From assembly GCA_044375955.1 (NCBI GenBank), contig JBILLS010000001.1, positions 189,942-253,941 on the forward strand: DNA of 64,000 bases, in the 5' to 3' direction. The notes below the pieces were generated by a model. It saw only the letters and a list, made by a program, of their open reading frames with translations. It made no database searches and was not told the origin of the DNA. Source of the DNA: Candidatus Nanopelagicales bacterium (GTDB taxonomy: Bacteria; Actinomycetota; Actinomycetes; S36-B12). Below, piece by piece: positions 25,161 to 35,049 of this stretch. The position numbers were made by a program, and so were the translations under genes. The stretch's first letter is position 1; every line of letters starts with the position of its first letter.

Positions 25161-26411
25161 ATGCGCCGTGCCCTCGTCACCGCCCTTGCCTGCCTCGCCC
25201 TCACCGCCTCGAGCATCCCGCTTGCCGCCGGTGCGCAGGCTGCGGAGAACCCGGTCAAGCCCACCCAGTTCGGCATGCACGTCATCGAGATCGCCAACGG
25301 TGGTGCGCCCACGGTGAAGTACGGCGCACTGCGTCTATGGGATGCGGGTGTGGCGTGGGGTCAGGTGGAGCAGAAGAAGGGCAAGTACTGGTGGAACGGC
25401 CTCGATGCCGCAATCGCGAATGCGAACAGCCAGAAGGTCAGCACCATGTACGTCTTGGGCAGTTCGCCGAAGTGGGCGGCGCAGAACCCCAATCAAGGGA
25501 AGTACCCGAATATGGGTGCGGCCTCCACACCGAATATGAAGGCGTGGAAGTCCTGGGTGAATGCCGTCAGCCAGCGCTACGGCGCGAGCATCGATGCGTA
25601 CCAGATCTGGAACGAGGCGAACCTCGCGGACTTCTACCAGGGCACGCCGAAGGAGATGGCGCAGCTCACCCGGGAGGCTTACAAGATCATCCGCCGCAAC
25701 GATCCCACCGCGAAGGTTGTGTCCGCATCGTCCACGGTACGCCTCGAGTCGGCCTATCAGCGGTTCTTCCCCGCGTACTTGAAGGAGCTCAAGAAGATGG
25801 GGTGGCCCATCGATGTGATCTCCTTCCACACCTACCCACAGGGCACGGGAACTCCCGCGGATCGTGAGCAGTTCATCGAGCTCACCCGCGCGGACATGAA
25901 GCAGGTCAAGGTGCCGGGGAACATCCCGCTCTGGGATACGGAGATCAACTACGGCATCAGGGGACCGGGCGGTATCGGTGGGCGCCAGATCGGCGGGGAC
26001 ACCGCTGCCGCATGGACCGCGCAGACCTACCTGCAGAACGTGCTCTACGGCATCGATCGCTCGTACTGGTACTACTGGTTCCGGCCGGATGGTCGCCTCG
26101 GCATCGTGATGCAGCCGGGAACCCCGGGCGCGATTGGCTACCAGACCGCCTACAACTGGCTGGCGGGTTCGTTCTACTCCTGTACTAAGGGGGACGTGAA
26201 CGTGTGCCAGCTCGGGGACAACGGAAACCCCGAGGTGGTCGTCTGGAAGTCATCGGGCAGCGGCACCTACACTGTTCCTGCGAACGCCACGGTGCAGTGC
26301 ACCGCCATGAACGTGTGTACACCTGTGGCACCGGGAACATCCGTCAGCGTTGGGAGCATGCCCCTATGGTTCGGGTCAAGCAACAGGAACTTCGTAAATC
26401 AGCAGCCGTAG
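25161..26411 (+). CDS. Secreted clan GH-A glycoside hydrolase (paralog A)
   Basis: Internal ATG 25161 of ORF 24516..26411; the upstream part overlaps the methyltransferase gene in another frame. Signal peptide MRRALVTALACLALTASSIPLAAGAQA. IDAYQIWNEANL and PLWDTEINYG. Confidence 0.7.
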   Translation: MRRALVTALACLALTASSIPLAAGAQAAENPVKPTQFGMHVIEIANGGAPTVKYGALRLWDAGVAWGQVEQKKGKYWWNGLDAAIANANSQKVSTMYVLGSSPKWAAQNPNQGKYPNMGAASTPNMKAWKSWVNAVSQRYGASIDAYQIWNEANLADFYQGTPKEMAQLTREAYKIIRRNDPTAKVVSASSTVRLESAYQRFFPAYLKELKKMGWPIDVISFHTYPQGTGTPADREQFIELTRADMKQVKVPGNIPLWDTEINYGIRGPGGIGGRQIGGDTAAAWTAQTYLQNVLYGIDRSYWYYWFRPDGRLGIVMQPGTPGAIGYQTAYNWLAGSFYSCTKGDVNVCQLGDNGNPEVVVWKSSGSGTYTVPANATVQCTAMNVCTPVAPGTSVSVGSMPLWFGSSNRNFVNQQP

Positions 26412-27667
26412 CGATCCTTGCGGTGGGTGCTCTTGCACTCTCCGCGTGCGGTGGTGGGGGTGGCGACACGCCAGCTCCGGCCGAGGAGACAGCGGCGTCC
26501 GCGCCTGCAGCCGACCCCAACGCAATCAAGCCGACCCTTGTGGGCATGCATATCGAGGGCGTCGAGGGAGGCGCGTGGGCGAGCGCCCCGTTCGGTGCCC
26601 TGCGTCTCTGGGACAACGGCACAGGGTGGTCACAGATCGAACGCGCGAAGGGTGAGTTCAAGTGGGACAACCTCGAGGGTGCCCTGGCGAATGCCGAGTC
26701 CAAGGGAATGACCGAGATCCTGTATGTACTCGGCACCACGCCGGAGTGGGCGGCTACGGAGATCAACGAGAAGGACTACCCACAGCCCGGTGCCGCCTCC
26801 GCACTAAAGAACCTGGAGGACTGGGACGCCTGGGTCACAGCCGTAGTCGAGAAGTTCGGTGACCGGATCAACGCCTACCAGATCTGGAACGAGGCGAACC
26901 TGAAGAACTTCTACAACGGAACGCCCAAGCAGATGGCGGAGATGACCAAGCGCGCCTACGACATCATCAAGGCGAATGACCCCGATGCACTCGTCGTCTC
27001 CGCATCACCGTCCACGCGACTTGCGAGCGCATTCGACCGGTTCTTCCCTGAGTACCTCAATGAACTCAAGGCACTCAACTGGCCGATCGATGTTGTTGCC
27101 ATCCACACGTACCCGGATGGGGCGGGGGATCCCGTGGCACGCGGCGCACTCATCGAGAAGGCGCAGGCGGCACTCACGGCGGCAGGTGCACCCGATCTGC
27201 CGCTGTGGGATACGGAGTTGAACTACGGCCTCGCCGGACCAGGTGATATCCCGCGCACCGAGATCACCGGACCGCGCGCTGCGGGCTTCGTCGTCCGCAC
27301 CTACATCGATGACCTGCGCTACGGCATCGATCGGTCCTACTGGTACATCTGGACTCTGGGGCAATACGACCTGCTCGGAATCCAGGCTTATGCGGGAACC
27401 GACGCCGAGCAGGGGTTCTTCGCGGTCGACAACTGGGTCACGGGCGCGTCTTTCGGTGGCTGCACGGAGAACGCTGGTGCTGTGACGTGCGAGTTCACTC
27501 GCGACGGCACCTCGTGGATCGTGGCGTGGGCCGAGACCGGTGAGGTCCCCTACACCACCCCGGAGAACTCCCAACTGGTCTGTGATCCGCTGTCGCAGTG
27601 CCAGGAGGCGGGACCGGGAACGCAGATCACCCTCACGGAGATCCCGGTCCGCGTTTACCTGCAGTAG
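26366..27667 (+). CDS. Lipoprotein clan GH-A glycoside hydrolase (paralog B)
   Basis: Internal ATG 26366 of ORF 26204..27667. Lipobox ALALSAC. INAYQIWNEANL and PLWDTELNYG. Overlaps paralog A by 46 nt. Confidence 0.7.
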   Translation: MVRVKQQELRKSAAVAILAVGALALSACGGGGGDTPAPAEETAASAPAADPNAIKPTLVGMHIEGVEGGAWASAPFGALRLWDNGTGWSQIERAKGEFKWDNLEGALANAESKGMTEILYVLGTTPEWAATEINEKDYPQPGAASALKNLEDWDAWVTAVVEKFGDRINAYQIWNEANLKNFYNGTPKQMAEMTKRAYDIIKANDPDALVVSASPSTRLASAFDRFFPEYLNELKALNWPIDVVAIHTYPDGAGDPVARGALIEKAQAALTAAGAPDLPLWDTELNYGLAGPGDIPRTEITGPRAAGFVVRTYIDDLRYGIDRSYWYIWTLGQYDLLGIQAYAGTDAEQGFFAVDNWVTGASFGGCTENAGAVTCEFTRDGTSWIVAWAETGEVPYTTPENSQLVCDPLSQCQEAGPGTQITLTEIPVRVYLQ

Positions 27668-27767
27668 CGGGGAGTAGCCAGGCACGCTCCCGGTTGAGGA
27701 CGCACTTCGGAAACGGTCGGAAGCGGTCGTCGCTGGTACTGTGATGTGACGCATGTGGGAGGTGTCG

Positions 27768-29285
27768 ATGGCGAGTGATGAGCTGACCGATACCGGCGCT
27801 CTCCGTAAGCTGGCTTCTGACCCGCATACCAAGCAGGGCTGGATCTCCTCGGATAGGCACCGTGACCGGCCGCACCAGCGCCGTGATCCCCTCCGTGTCT
27901 ATGCGGTACGAGCCATCGCGTTCGATGCCGCTGCGATCATTGTCGCCGCCGTCATTGGTTTCGTTCTGCGGTGGACCATTCCCTACGACCTGAACATCTC
28001 CGACTACACCTATGTTCTGTTCGCACTCGTCGTTGTGGTGTCGTGGATCAGTGCCTTGTTGGCACGTGGGGCCTACGACACTCGGATCCTGGGTGTCGGC
28101 TCGGAGGAGTTTAAGCGGGTCATCACCGCATCTGGTGCGGTGTTCGCGGCCGTGGCCATCGTGGCCTTCGCGTTCAAACTTGATCTGTCCCGTGGTTTCG
28201 TGCTCATCACCTTCGTCGTCGGCCTGCTCCTTCTTCTGTGTGTGCGGTGGTCACTGCGCGCCTGGCTGCGCAATGAAAGGCGTTACGGGCACTTCCTGCA
28301 CCGCACCGTGGTGATCGGGACGGGATCCAGGAGTGAGGGGATCATCGATTTGCTCGATCGTGATCCGGTTGCTGGGTTCACCGTCGTGGACGTCATCCCC
28401 GAACCCGTCGGCGATGGGGAGATGGGCGTGGTGGATGACCCCACGCTGGAGGCATGGCTCGATGAGGTGATGGCGCGGATCTCGATCGTGGATGCGGACA
28501 CCGTGGCGGTTGCAGACAGCCCCAACCTAGGCCAGCGGGTGATCAAGAAGCTCGCCTGGCGGCTCGAGGGTCCGCGCGTGGACCTTCTCGTGGCACCAAC
28601 GCTGGGTGACTTCGCCGGTCCGCGCGTGACAATGCGCATGCAGGCCGATCTTCCGTTGATCCACTTGGACGAGCCGCAGCTCACCGGCTCCAAGCGCGTG
28701 ATCAAGCGCGGGCTGGACATTGTGTTCGGGGTGCTGCTCGCGATTCTGTTCCTGCCGTTCATGGTCGTTGCCGCCATCGGAACGTTCTTCTCCAGCCGTG
28801 GGCCGGTCTTCTATCGGCAGCAGCGCATCGGGCGCGGTGGTGAGACCATCACCGTCACGAAGTTCCGGACCATGTATGTCGGATCGGATCAGCAGCGCGA
28901 GGACGTCATCGGGATGCCCGATGATCGCATCTACGAGCGCTACAAGAACGATCCACGGATCACCCCGTTTGGTCGAGTGCTGCGCAGATGGTCCATCGAT
29001 GAGATGCCGCAGATCGTCAACGTCATTGGCGGCTCCATGTCCCTCGTGGGACCGCGGCCCGTGCTCCTCGATGAGATCCCGCTGTTCGAGGACGACGATC
29101 ACCGCCGTCACTTGACCAAGCCCGGTCTCACCGGCCTCTGGCAGGTGTCTGGGCGAAAGGCGGTGGACTGGGACGAGCGCATGCGGATGGACTTGGACTA
29201 CGTCGAGCACTGGTCGCCGGCCCTTGACCTGGTCATCGTGGCCAAGACGGTCCGGGTCGTCGTCTCGGGCAAAGGCGCCTACTAG
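27768..29285 (+). CDS. Polyprenyl-phosphate glycosyl-1-phosphate transferase (WbaP/CpsE-type priming enzyme), copy 2
   Basis: ORF 27753..29285. ATG 27768 is preferred because GGGAGG lies 5 nt upstream. PVFYRQQRIGRGGETITVTKFRTM...DEMPQIVNVIGGSMSLVGPRP. Confidence 0.85.
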   Translation: MASDELTDTGALRKLASDPHTKQGWISSDRHRDRPHQRRDPLRVYAVRAIAFDAAAIIVAAVIGFVLRWTIPYDLNISDYTYVLFALVVVVSWISALLARGAYDTRILGVGSEEFKRVITASGAVFAAVAIVAFAFKLDLSRGFVLITFVVGLLLLLCVRWSLRAWLRNERRYGHFLHRTVVIGTGSRSEGIIDLLDRDPVAGFTVVDVIPEPVGDGEMGVVDDPTLEAWLDEVMARISIVDADTVAVADSPNLGQRVIKKLAWRLEGPRVDLLVAPTLGDFAGPRVTMRMQADLPLIHLDEPQLTGSKRVIKRGLDIVFGVLLAILFLPFMVVAAIGTFFSSRGPVFYRQQRIGRGGETITVTKFRTMYVGSDQQREDVIGMPDDRIYERYKNDPRITPFGRVLRRWSIDEMPQIVNVIGGSMSLVGPRPVLLDEIPLFEDDDHRRHLTKPGLTGLWQVSGRKAVDWDERMRMDLDYVEHWSPALDLVIVAKTVRVVVSGKGAY

Positions 29286-29335
29286 CGCCCCCGAGGAGCC
29301 CTTGGGGGCCTCACTCGGCGACCTAGACTGACGAG

Positions 29336-31306
29336 GTGTCCGACCGGTCTCTGCGTCCGCGCTGGCCGTTGATCCTCGCTCTCGCCTCCGCTGGCGCCGT
29401 GGGCGCCTTCCTGCTGTGGCTTCAGGCCGGTCTGCTCGCGGGCTTGACCCTGGCCGCCTCGGGTGGTGTCGGATTGCAGAGCAACCTGTCGGCGGCGGCC
29501 GATGACCTGGTTTCCGGTGATTATGCGGCGGGTGAGAGGTCCTTCCAGGAAGCCTCCGTCGCGGCGGAGCGGGTCCTCAAGAGCACGGACCTCGCGCAGG
29601 TCGATCTGATCGAGCGGGTCCCTCCTCTCGAGACCGCGGTGCAGAACTGGAGGAGGGTCGCGGAATCCGTGGTGGGGGTCGCGCAGGGCACGGGGGAGTT
29701 GCTGTCCCTGTATGGCGACTTGTCCGGGAAAGCTGGTGGCGAGCGCATCTTCTCCGATGGCGCGATCAATATCGACATGCTGAATGACCTTCCCGTGCGC
29801 GTGGAGCGGGCTACCGAGCGCCTGGGCTTCGCTGAGCGCAACCTCGCGGCGATCCAGACCACCACACCCTTCACGACACAGCTCGACGCTATGCGTGCGA
29901 CCGCGCTGAAGGAGATGCGACCGGCGCAGGACGCAGTCGCCGCCCTTGCCGATATCGCTCCAGTTCTTCCGAGTGCACTCGGCGCCGACGGTCCACGGCG
30001 GTACCTCGTGGCGATAGGGAATCAAGCGGAGATGCGCGCCTCCGGGGGGGCACCGCTCACGCTGGTCATGGTGGAATTCGATCAGGGACGCATCTCCATC
30101 CCCATCAAGGGCCAGACGAGCACGCAACTCTTCCCGCCACTGAATGCCCCCGTGCGGTGGTACGGCCCCAGCCTCAACCCGTTCTTCTCCGGGAACACAC
30201 GTTTTGCGCCATTCGTCGTCACCAACACCCATCCCAACTTCGTCTACTCGGCGCAGGAGATGGCGGCGAGTTGGACGGGGGGCAACTATCCCCGGGTCGA
30301 TGGTGTGGTGTTCCTCGATCTCACAGCGATCGCTGCGGTGCTCAACGCTACGGGTCCGATCGACTCATCCGTCTACGGCACCGTCACGGGTGACCAACTA
30401 GGTCAGATCCTGCTGATCGACGCCTACGCGACCTTCGGTCAGGAAGAAGCCGACCAACGCCAGGCGGCCAATCAGCAACTGCTCGACGAACTCATGGCAC
30501 GACTGCTCTCCGGCGATGATCTGATCACGGTGGTCCAATCTCTCGCGAGCACGATTCCCGGGCGTCACTTCCAGGTCTGGATGCGGGAGCCGAAACTGCA
30601 ACAGCTTTCCCTCGATGCTGGCACCGCCGGGTACGTTGCCGACCCGAAGACCGGTGACTGGTCCGCGGTCTATACCCAGAACGGCAATCAGTCCAAAGTT
30701 GATGTGTTCCAGCAACGCAACACGCTCATGCAGGTTGCGCTGCGCGAGGACGGATCCGCTGGCATCAACCAGGTGATCACGATCACCAACCAGACCCCTC
30801 CCGATCGCCCCGAGGGCCCACCGGAGCGCATCGGCTACGAGACCATGTGGGTCAAGAACGCCCACATCATCTACATCCCCAATTCCGCTCAGGCATTCCG
30901 TGCCTCCTTCCCGTCCGACTTCAGCATCCGGCCCTTCAAGGGACACTCCCGCCAGCAGGCGGGGAGCGGGTTCGTCTCCGACGGATTCGGCAACCGCATG
31001 GTGCGCGTTGTGGGCTGGACACCCCCCGGTGGAACATCACAGGTCGTGGTGTCCTACGAACTGCCCCCGGGAACTTTCAGCGCGGTCGGTGGATCTCCGG
31101 AGGAGGCCCGGCAACCCGCACTGGTCTACCGGCTCCGAGCGGAGCCCCAGGCGGTCTTCCTCCCTCCTACGCTCTCGGTCACCGTGATCCCGCCTCCGGG
31201 GTACCGGGTAACGCCCTATAGCGGCATGGAGATCACCGGTAACGCCGCTACGGTCAGTGCCGTGCTCGATCGACCGGTGGATGTCGGCATGGAGTTCACC
31301 CGGTGA
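29336..31306 (+). CDS. DUF4012 domain protein (N-terminal TM anchor, large extracytoplasmic domain)
   Basis: 656 aa. RRYLVAIGNQAEMRASGGAPLTLVMVEFDQGRISI block, as in DUF4012 proteins of actinobacterial polysaccharide loci. Confidence 0.7.
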   Translation: MSDRSLRPRWPLILALASAGAVGAFLLWLQAGLLAGLTLAASGGVGLQSNLSAAADDLVSGDYAAGERSFQEASVAAERVLKSTDLAQVDLIERVPPLETAVQNWRRVAESVVGVAQGTGELLSLYGDLSGKAGGERIFSDGAINIDMLNDLPVRVERATERLGFAERNLAAIQTTTPFTTQLDAMRATALKEMRPAQDAVAALADIAPVLPSALGADGPRRYLVAIGNQAEMRASGGAPLTLVMVEFDQGRISIPIKGQTSTQLFPPLNAPVRWYGPSLNPFFSGNTRFAPFVVTNTHPNFVYSAQEMAASWTGGNYPRVDGVVFLDLTAIAAVLNATGPIDSSVYGTVTGDQLGQILLIDAYATFGQEEADQRQAANQQLLDELMARLLSGDDLITVVQSLASTIPGRHFQVWMREPKLQQLSLDAGTAGYVADPKTGDWSAVYTQNGNQSKVDVFQQRNTLMQVALREDGSAGINQVITITNQTPPDRPEGPPERIGYETMWVKNAHIIYIPNSAQAFRASFPSDFSIRPFKGHSRQQAGSGFVSDGFGNRMVRVVGWTPPGGTSQVVVSYELPPGTFSAVGGSPEEARQPALVYRLRAEPQAVFLPPTLSVTVIPPPGYRVTPYSGMEITGNAATVSAVLDRPVDVGMEFTR

Positions 31307-33231
31307 TCGCCCTCGTCGCCTTGGTCGCCTTCTCGTCGATACTGCTGTGGGTGGCTCCTGCGATCGGGGTCGTCGCCACCGCCATCACGATGGCGATCGT
31401 TCCCCCCTGGGGGCGGGGGCTGATCGAACGCGCGGTGATCTCGGCGATCGTGGGCCTGGGGATCATCGCCCTGGTCTTCCCGCGCGCGGGGACTACTCCG
31501 ATTGATCACACCACGGCACGTGGATTACTGATCGGAGTCATGCTCCTCGCTTTGGCGCTGCGCGCCATCCCGTCGCTGCGCCGAGTACGTGTCCCACGGT
31601 TCACCTGGCCGGATGCCTTTGTCCTCGTCACTATCACCCTTGCCGCGTGGTGGCCGATTAGTGCCTACCTCGGTGCCGACGCAGCGCAGACGGTTTCCGG
31701 CCTGCTGTTCTCTGGTTGGGACAACCACGCCCACTACACGACGTTCGCGAACACATACGTCTCGCAGAGCACCACGTGGCCCACGGCGGATGGATCCGAG
31801 GCCTGGAACCAGTGGTACCCGGCCCTGCACACCACCGCGTGGGCGCTGCTCCAGTATGCGGCTAGCAGCTCGGACCTCGGCCGCATTGATCTGCTCCAGC
31901 CGTACGTCGTCTGGTCGGCCGCGACCTTCGCGCTCTGCCTCGGCGCGCTCACCTGGATGGCGGCGAGCGTCGCCGGGCGCTTCACGCGCGGGCGGCTGGC
32001 CCCGATCCTGGCTGCCGCGGGTTTCGCGGTCTTCGCTCTCCTAGGTTCCGTGCAGAACCTCTTCCAGGCTGGCTTCACCAACTTCGTCCTCGCGCTCACC
32101 ATCACCGCGACAGCCAGCTATATCGCGGCGCGTAGTTGGCGATCCGCGCGCACCCTCGGCTGGTTCCTCGTCCCGCTCGCGACCATCAGCGTCATCGGGT
32201 TGTGGACTCCACTCGTGCTGGGTCTGGTGCCCGCCGGTTTCGTCGTCGCCGTGGCTCTGTGGCGCTACCGACGCTCGCTGGGCATCGCCTATGTGATCGT
32301 CGGGGCGGCCGCGGGAATCCTGGTCGCGATCTCGCAGGGTCGGGCGGTCCTCAACGCCAGTGATGTGGGCCTCGTCGAGTTCGGCGAGGTGGTGGGCGGG
32401 ATCGACATCGGTATGGCGCCGTTCAACCTCAGCGCAGGTGTCGCTGCACCGTTGCTCGCGGTACTCATCGGACTCCTGGTCTGGCGCATGGATCGCCCGT
32501 CACCGATTCCCTTCGCTGTGGCGTCGCCCGCAGTTGCCGCCGCGCTGGTGGCACTCTTCTTCGCGCGGGGATCGGTGGTCGCGGGTGTCGATTGGACGGT
32601 GTCCTACTACGTCCTCAAATCACTCAATGCTGCGTACCTCATGGCCGCCCCGATCGTCATCGCTGTTCTTGCCTCCGGCACCGCGCTGCTTGTACGCGAA
32701 CTCCGCGCGCGCACAGGTACGGGTGCGGCATCCCTGGCCGCAGCCATCGTGGCCCTGCTCGCCATCACAGCCTTCGGGTATGTCGGTGTGCTCACTGTGC
32801 CGCTCAACGAGGGTTACCCGGTCGCGCCCGGGATCGCGAACGCGACCGCACGCGCTGAATTCCTCACCCGACCCACGGGTGAACCGATCGTGGCGGGAGC
32901 ACTCGCCACGCAGGGCCGGGAATCGAACACCCCCATCCTGTGGGAGGCGGGCGGGACACTCCCGAACCTGTGGGGGGCGAGCCTGAGCGGCGTGCTCTCC
33001 AAGGAGCAGCAGAGCTTCTACTTGAACCTGCCGGACTTCCCCTACGACGACAAGACCGTCGAGTACCTGAAGTTCCAACTGGGTGAGCGTCCGGATCTCT
33101 CGTTCGATCTGCTGTGGTTCCGGGACTCCTCTGAGGCACTCCTCGCCCCGCTGGCCAACATCAGCGACCGCATCACGGTCACCCGCGTGCCCATGCCCGC
33201 CTCCGACATCTGCCCCGAGTGCATGGGCTAG
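31303..33231 (+). CDS. Large polytopic membrane protein, unknown function
   Basis: 642 aa, more than 10 hydrophobic segments, start overlaps the DUF4012 stop (GTGA). I recognise no motif. Confidence 0.55.
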   Translation: MIALVALVAFSSILLWVAPAIGVVATAITMAIVPPWGRGLIERAVISAIVGLGIIALVFPRAGTTPIDHTTARGLLIGVMLLALALRAIPSLRRVRVPRFTWPDAFVLVTITLAAWWPISAYLGADAAQTVSGLLFSGWDNHAHYTTFANTYVSQSTTWPTADGSEAWNQWYPALHTTAWALLQYAASSSDLGRIDLLQPYVVWSAATFALCLGALTWMAASVAGRFTRGRLAPILAAAGFAVFALLGSVQNLFQAGFTNFVLALTITATASYIAARSWRSARTLGWFLVPLATISVIGLWTPLVLGLVPAGFVVAVALWRYRRSLGIAYVIVGAAAGILVAISQGRAVLNASDVGLVEFGEVVGGIDIGMAPFNLSAGVAAPLLAVLIGLLVWRMDRPSPIPFAVASPAVAAALVALFFARGSVVAGVDWTVSYYVLKSLNAAYLMAAPIVIAVLASGTALLVRELRARTGTGAASLAAAIVALLAITAFGYVGVLTVPLNEGYPVAPGIANATARAEFLTRPTGEPIVAGALATQGRESNTPILWEAGGTLPNLWGASLSGVLSKEQQSFYLNLPDFPYDDKTVEYLKFQLGERPDLSFDLLWFRDSSEALLAPLANISDRITVTRVPMPASDICPECMG

Positions 33232-33830
33232 GTCGAGGACACATCCCGGTACCAGGCAGCACAGGACTCATAGCTTGGCAACATCCCCTGCGCCGCGGCA
33301 TCGGCGAGCAGGGGAGCCGATGCATCCTTGGGCGACAGCACCACATCCACGTCGGTCGGCCACGGTAGACCCAAAGCCGGATCGAGGGGATGCACGCCGT
33401 GCTCGCGGCTCGGTGCGAACGGCGCAGTGCAGAGGTACCCGACGGTCACCGACGGAGTCAACGCACAGAATGCGTGCCCTAGACCCTCTGCGAGAAATAG
33501 GCCACGTCGGGACTCGGAGTCCAACTCCACCGCGCCCCAGGTGCCGAAGGTGGGGGAGCCGACCCGGATGTCCACCACCACATCCAGGATCTTCCCGTTG
33601 AAGCACTGCACGTACTTGGCCTGGCCCGGGGGAACATCGGCGAAGTGGATACCGCGCACCGACCCACGCCGGGACACCGAGATATTCATCTGTTCGAGCG
33701 AGAAGGAACGCCCCAGTACCTCGCGGAAGACCGAGGCCTTGAACGACTCAAGGAAAACCCCACGATCATCAGGCCGCAGGATCGGAGTGAAGGTCCACGC
33801 CCCGTCGATCGAAAGCGGGTTCACCTCCAC
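33228..33830 (-). CDS. rmlC: dTDP-4-dehydrorhamnose 3,5-epimerase
   Basis: GTG 33828-33830 inside ORF 33228..33908. VEVNPLSIDGAWTFTP...DDRGVFLESF...RGIHFADVPPGQAKYVQC..G.ILDVVVDIR.GSPTFG. Confidence 0.9.
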   Translation of the reverse strand: MEVNPLSIDGAWTFTPILRPDDRGVFLESFKASVFREVLGRSFSLEQMNISVSRRGSVRGIHFADVPPGQAKYVQCFNGKILDVVVDIRVGSPTFGTWGAVELDSESRRGLFLAEGLGHAFCALTPSVTVGYLCTAPFAPSREHGVHPLDPALGLPWPTDVDVVLSPKDASAPLLADAAAQGMLPSYESCAAWYRDVSST

Positions 33831-33885
33831 TCGGTGAGGGTAGCAACGGTGACTCGGATGGCCGGGCACCAAGTACGGTGGACAT

Positions 33886-35049
33886 GTGAAGGTGGCGCTG
33901 ATGGGCACCCGTGGGGTCCCTGCTAACTACGGCGGATTCGAAACCGCCGTGGAGGAAATCGGTAGTCGCCTCGTTTCGCTTGGGTTCCAGGTCACGGTCT
34001 ACGCCCGCAATCCCGGCCAACAGGTGGAGGAGTACCGCGGGATGCACGTGGTGAACGTGCGCGCCGTTAGGCATCGGATGACCGAGACACTCAGTCACAC
34101 AGCGTTGAGTGCCGTGCACGCGGTGATCTCGGATCACCCGGATGTCTGCCTGCTTTTCAACGCCGGGAACGCGCCGATGATCCGCCCGTTGCAGACGGCC
34201 GGCATTCCCACCGCCGTCCACCTGGACGGGCTGGAGTCACGACGAGGGAAGTGGCGTGGAGCTGGGGCCCGCTACTACCGGTGGGCGGAACGCTCAGCAG
34301 TTCGATGGGCCGATGCCGTGATCGCGGACTCGCGTGCGATCGCCGAGCACGTGCAGCGCGAATACAACCGCGACGCGTTGTTCATCCCCTACGGTGCCGA
34401 CGTCATCGATCCCGGTAGCGCTCGCCTTGCAGAAGTGGGGGTTCTCAAGCGGGACTACCACCTCATCGTGGCGCGGTTCGAACCCGAGAACCACGTCCTC
34501 GATGCTGTCCACGCCTACCGGATCTCGGATGAGACGCGGCCGCTGCTTGTGGTCGGCTCGGCCCCCTATAGCCGCTGGTACGTGGACCGCGTGCATGAGA
34601 CAGCGCAAGCGGATGAGCGAATCCGATTCCTGGGTGGCGTCTATGACCGGGAGCTCCTCGACCAGCTATATGCGAACGCCCGCACCTACATCCACGGCCA
34701 CTCGGTCGGGGGTACGAACCCGAGTCTGCTGCGGGCGATGGGTGCGGGGGCACCTGTCCTGGCATTCGACTGCGAGTTTAATCGTGAGGTGACAGCGAAC
34801 CAGGCCTTCTTCTGGTCCGATGCCGACGCATTGGTGGGCCTGCTGGATGACATCGCGGGCGGTGAGGATCACGTCTTCGATGTGAACATCGACGCGGACC
34901 TGAGGAAGTTCGCCCAGGCAGGTAGGCAGCGCGTAGCCCAGCATTACCAGTGGGATGCCGTCGCCGACGAGTATGCGAACCTCATCCGTGAGTTGCAGGC
35001 CACGGCATCACTTCAGCGCAAGGACAAGCGCGGGCGGGTCAGCGCTTGA
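33886..35049 (+). CDS. DUF1972-type GT4 glycosyltransferase (RgpA/Cps2F-like rhamnosyltransferase architecture)
   Basis: 387 aa. N-terminus MKVALMGTRGVPANYGGFETAVEEIG. C-terminal GT-B block GHSVGGTNPSLLRAMGAGAPVLAFD. Confidence 0.8.
   Translation: MKVALMGTRGVPANYGGFETAVEEIGSRLVSLGFQVTVYARNPGQQVEEYRGMHVVNVRAVRHRMTETLSHTALSAVHAVISDHPDVCLLFNAGNAPMIRPLQTAGIPTAVHLDGLESRRGKWRGAGARYYRWAERSAVRWADAVIADSRAIAEHVQREYNRDALFIPYGADVIDPGSARLAEVGVLKRDYHLIVARFEPENHVLDAVHAYRISDETRPLLVVGSAPYSRWYVDRVHETAQADERIRFLGGVYDRELLDQLYANARTYIHGHSVGGTNPSLLRAMGAGAPVLAFDCEFNREVTANQAFFWSDADALVGLLDDIAGGEDHVFDVNIDADLRKFAQAGRQRVAQHYQWDAVADEYANLIRELQATASLQRKDKRGRVSA

Noticed and set aside
29282-30232. 316-aa minus-strand ORF
   Set aside because: It is antisense to the DUF4012 gene and has Arg/Gly-rich shadow-ORF composition.
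33831-33908. Longer rmlC start at 33908
   Set aside because: The extension (MPISATFTCPPYLVPGHPSHRCYPHR) is not RmlC-like and would use up the divergent promoter region. GTG 33830 gives the normal N-terminus.
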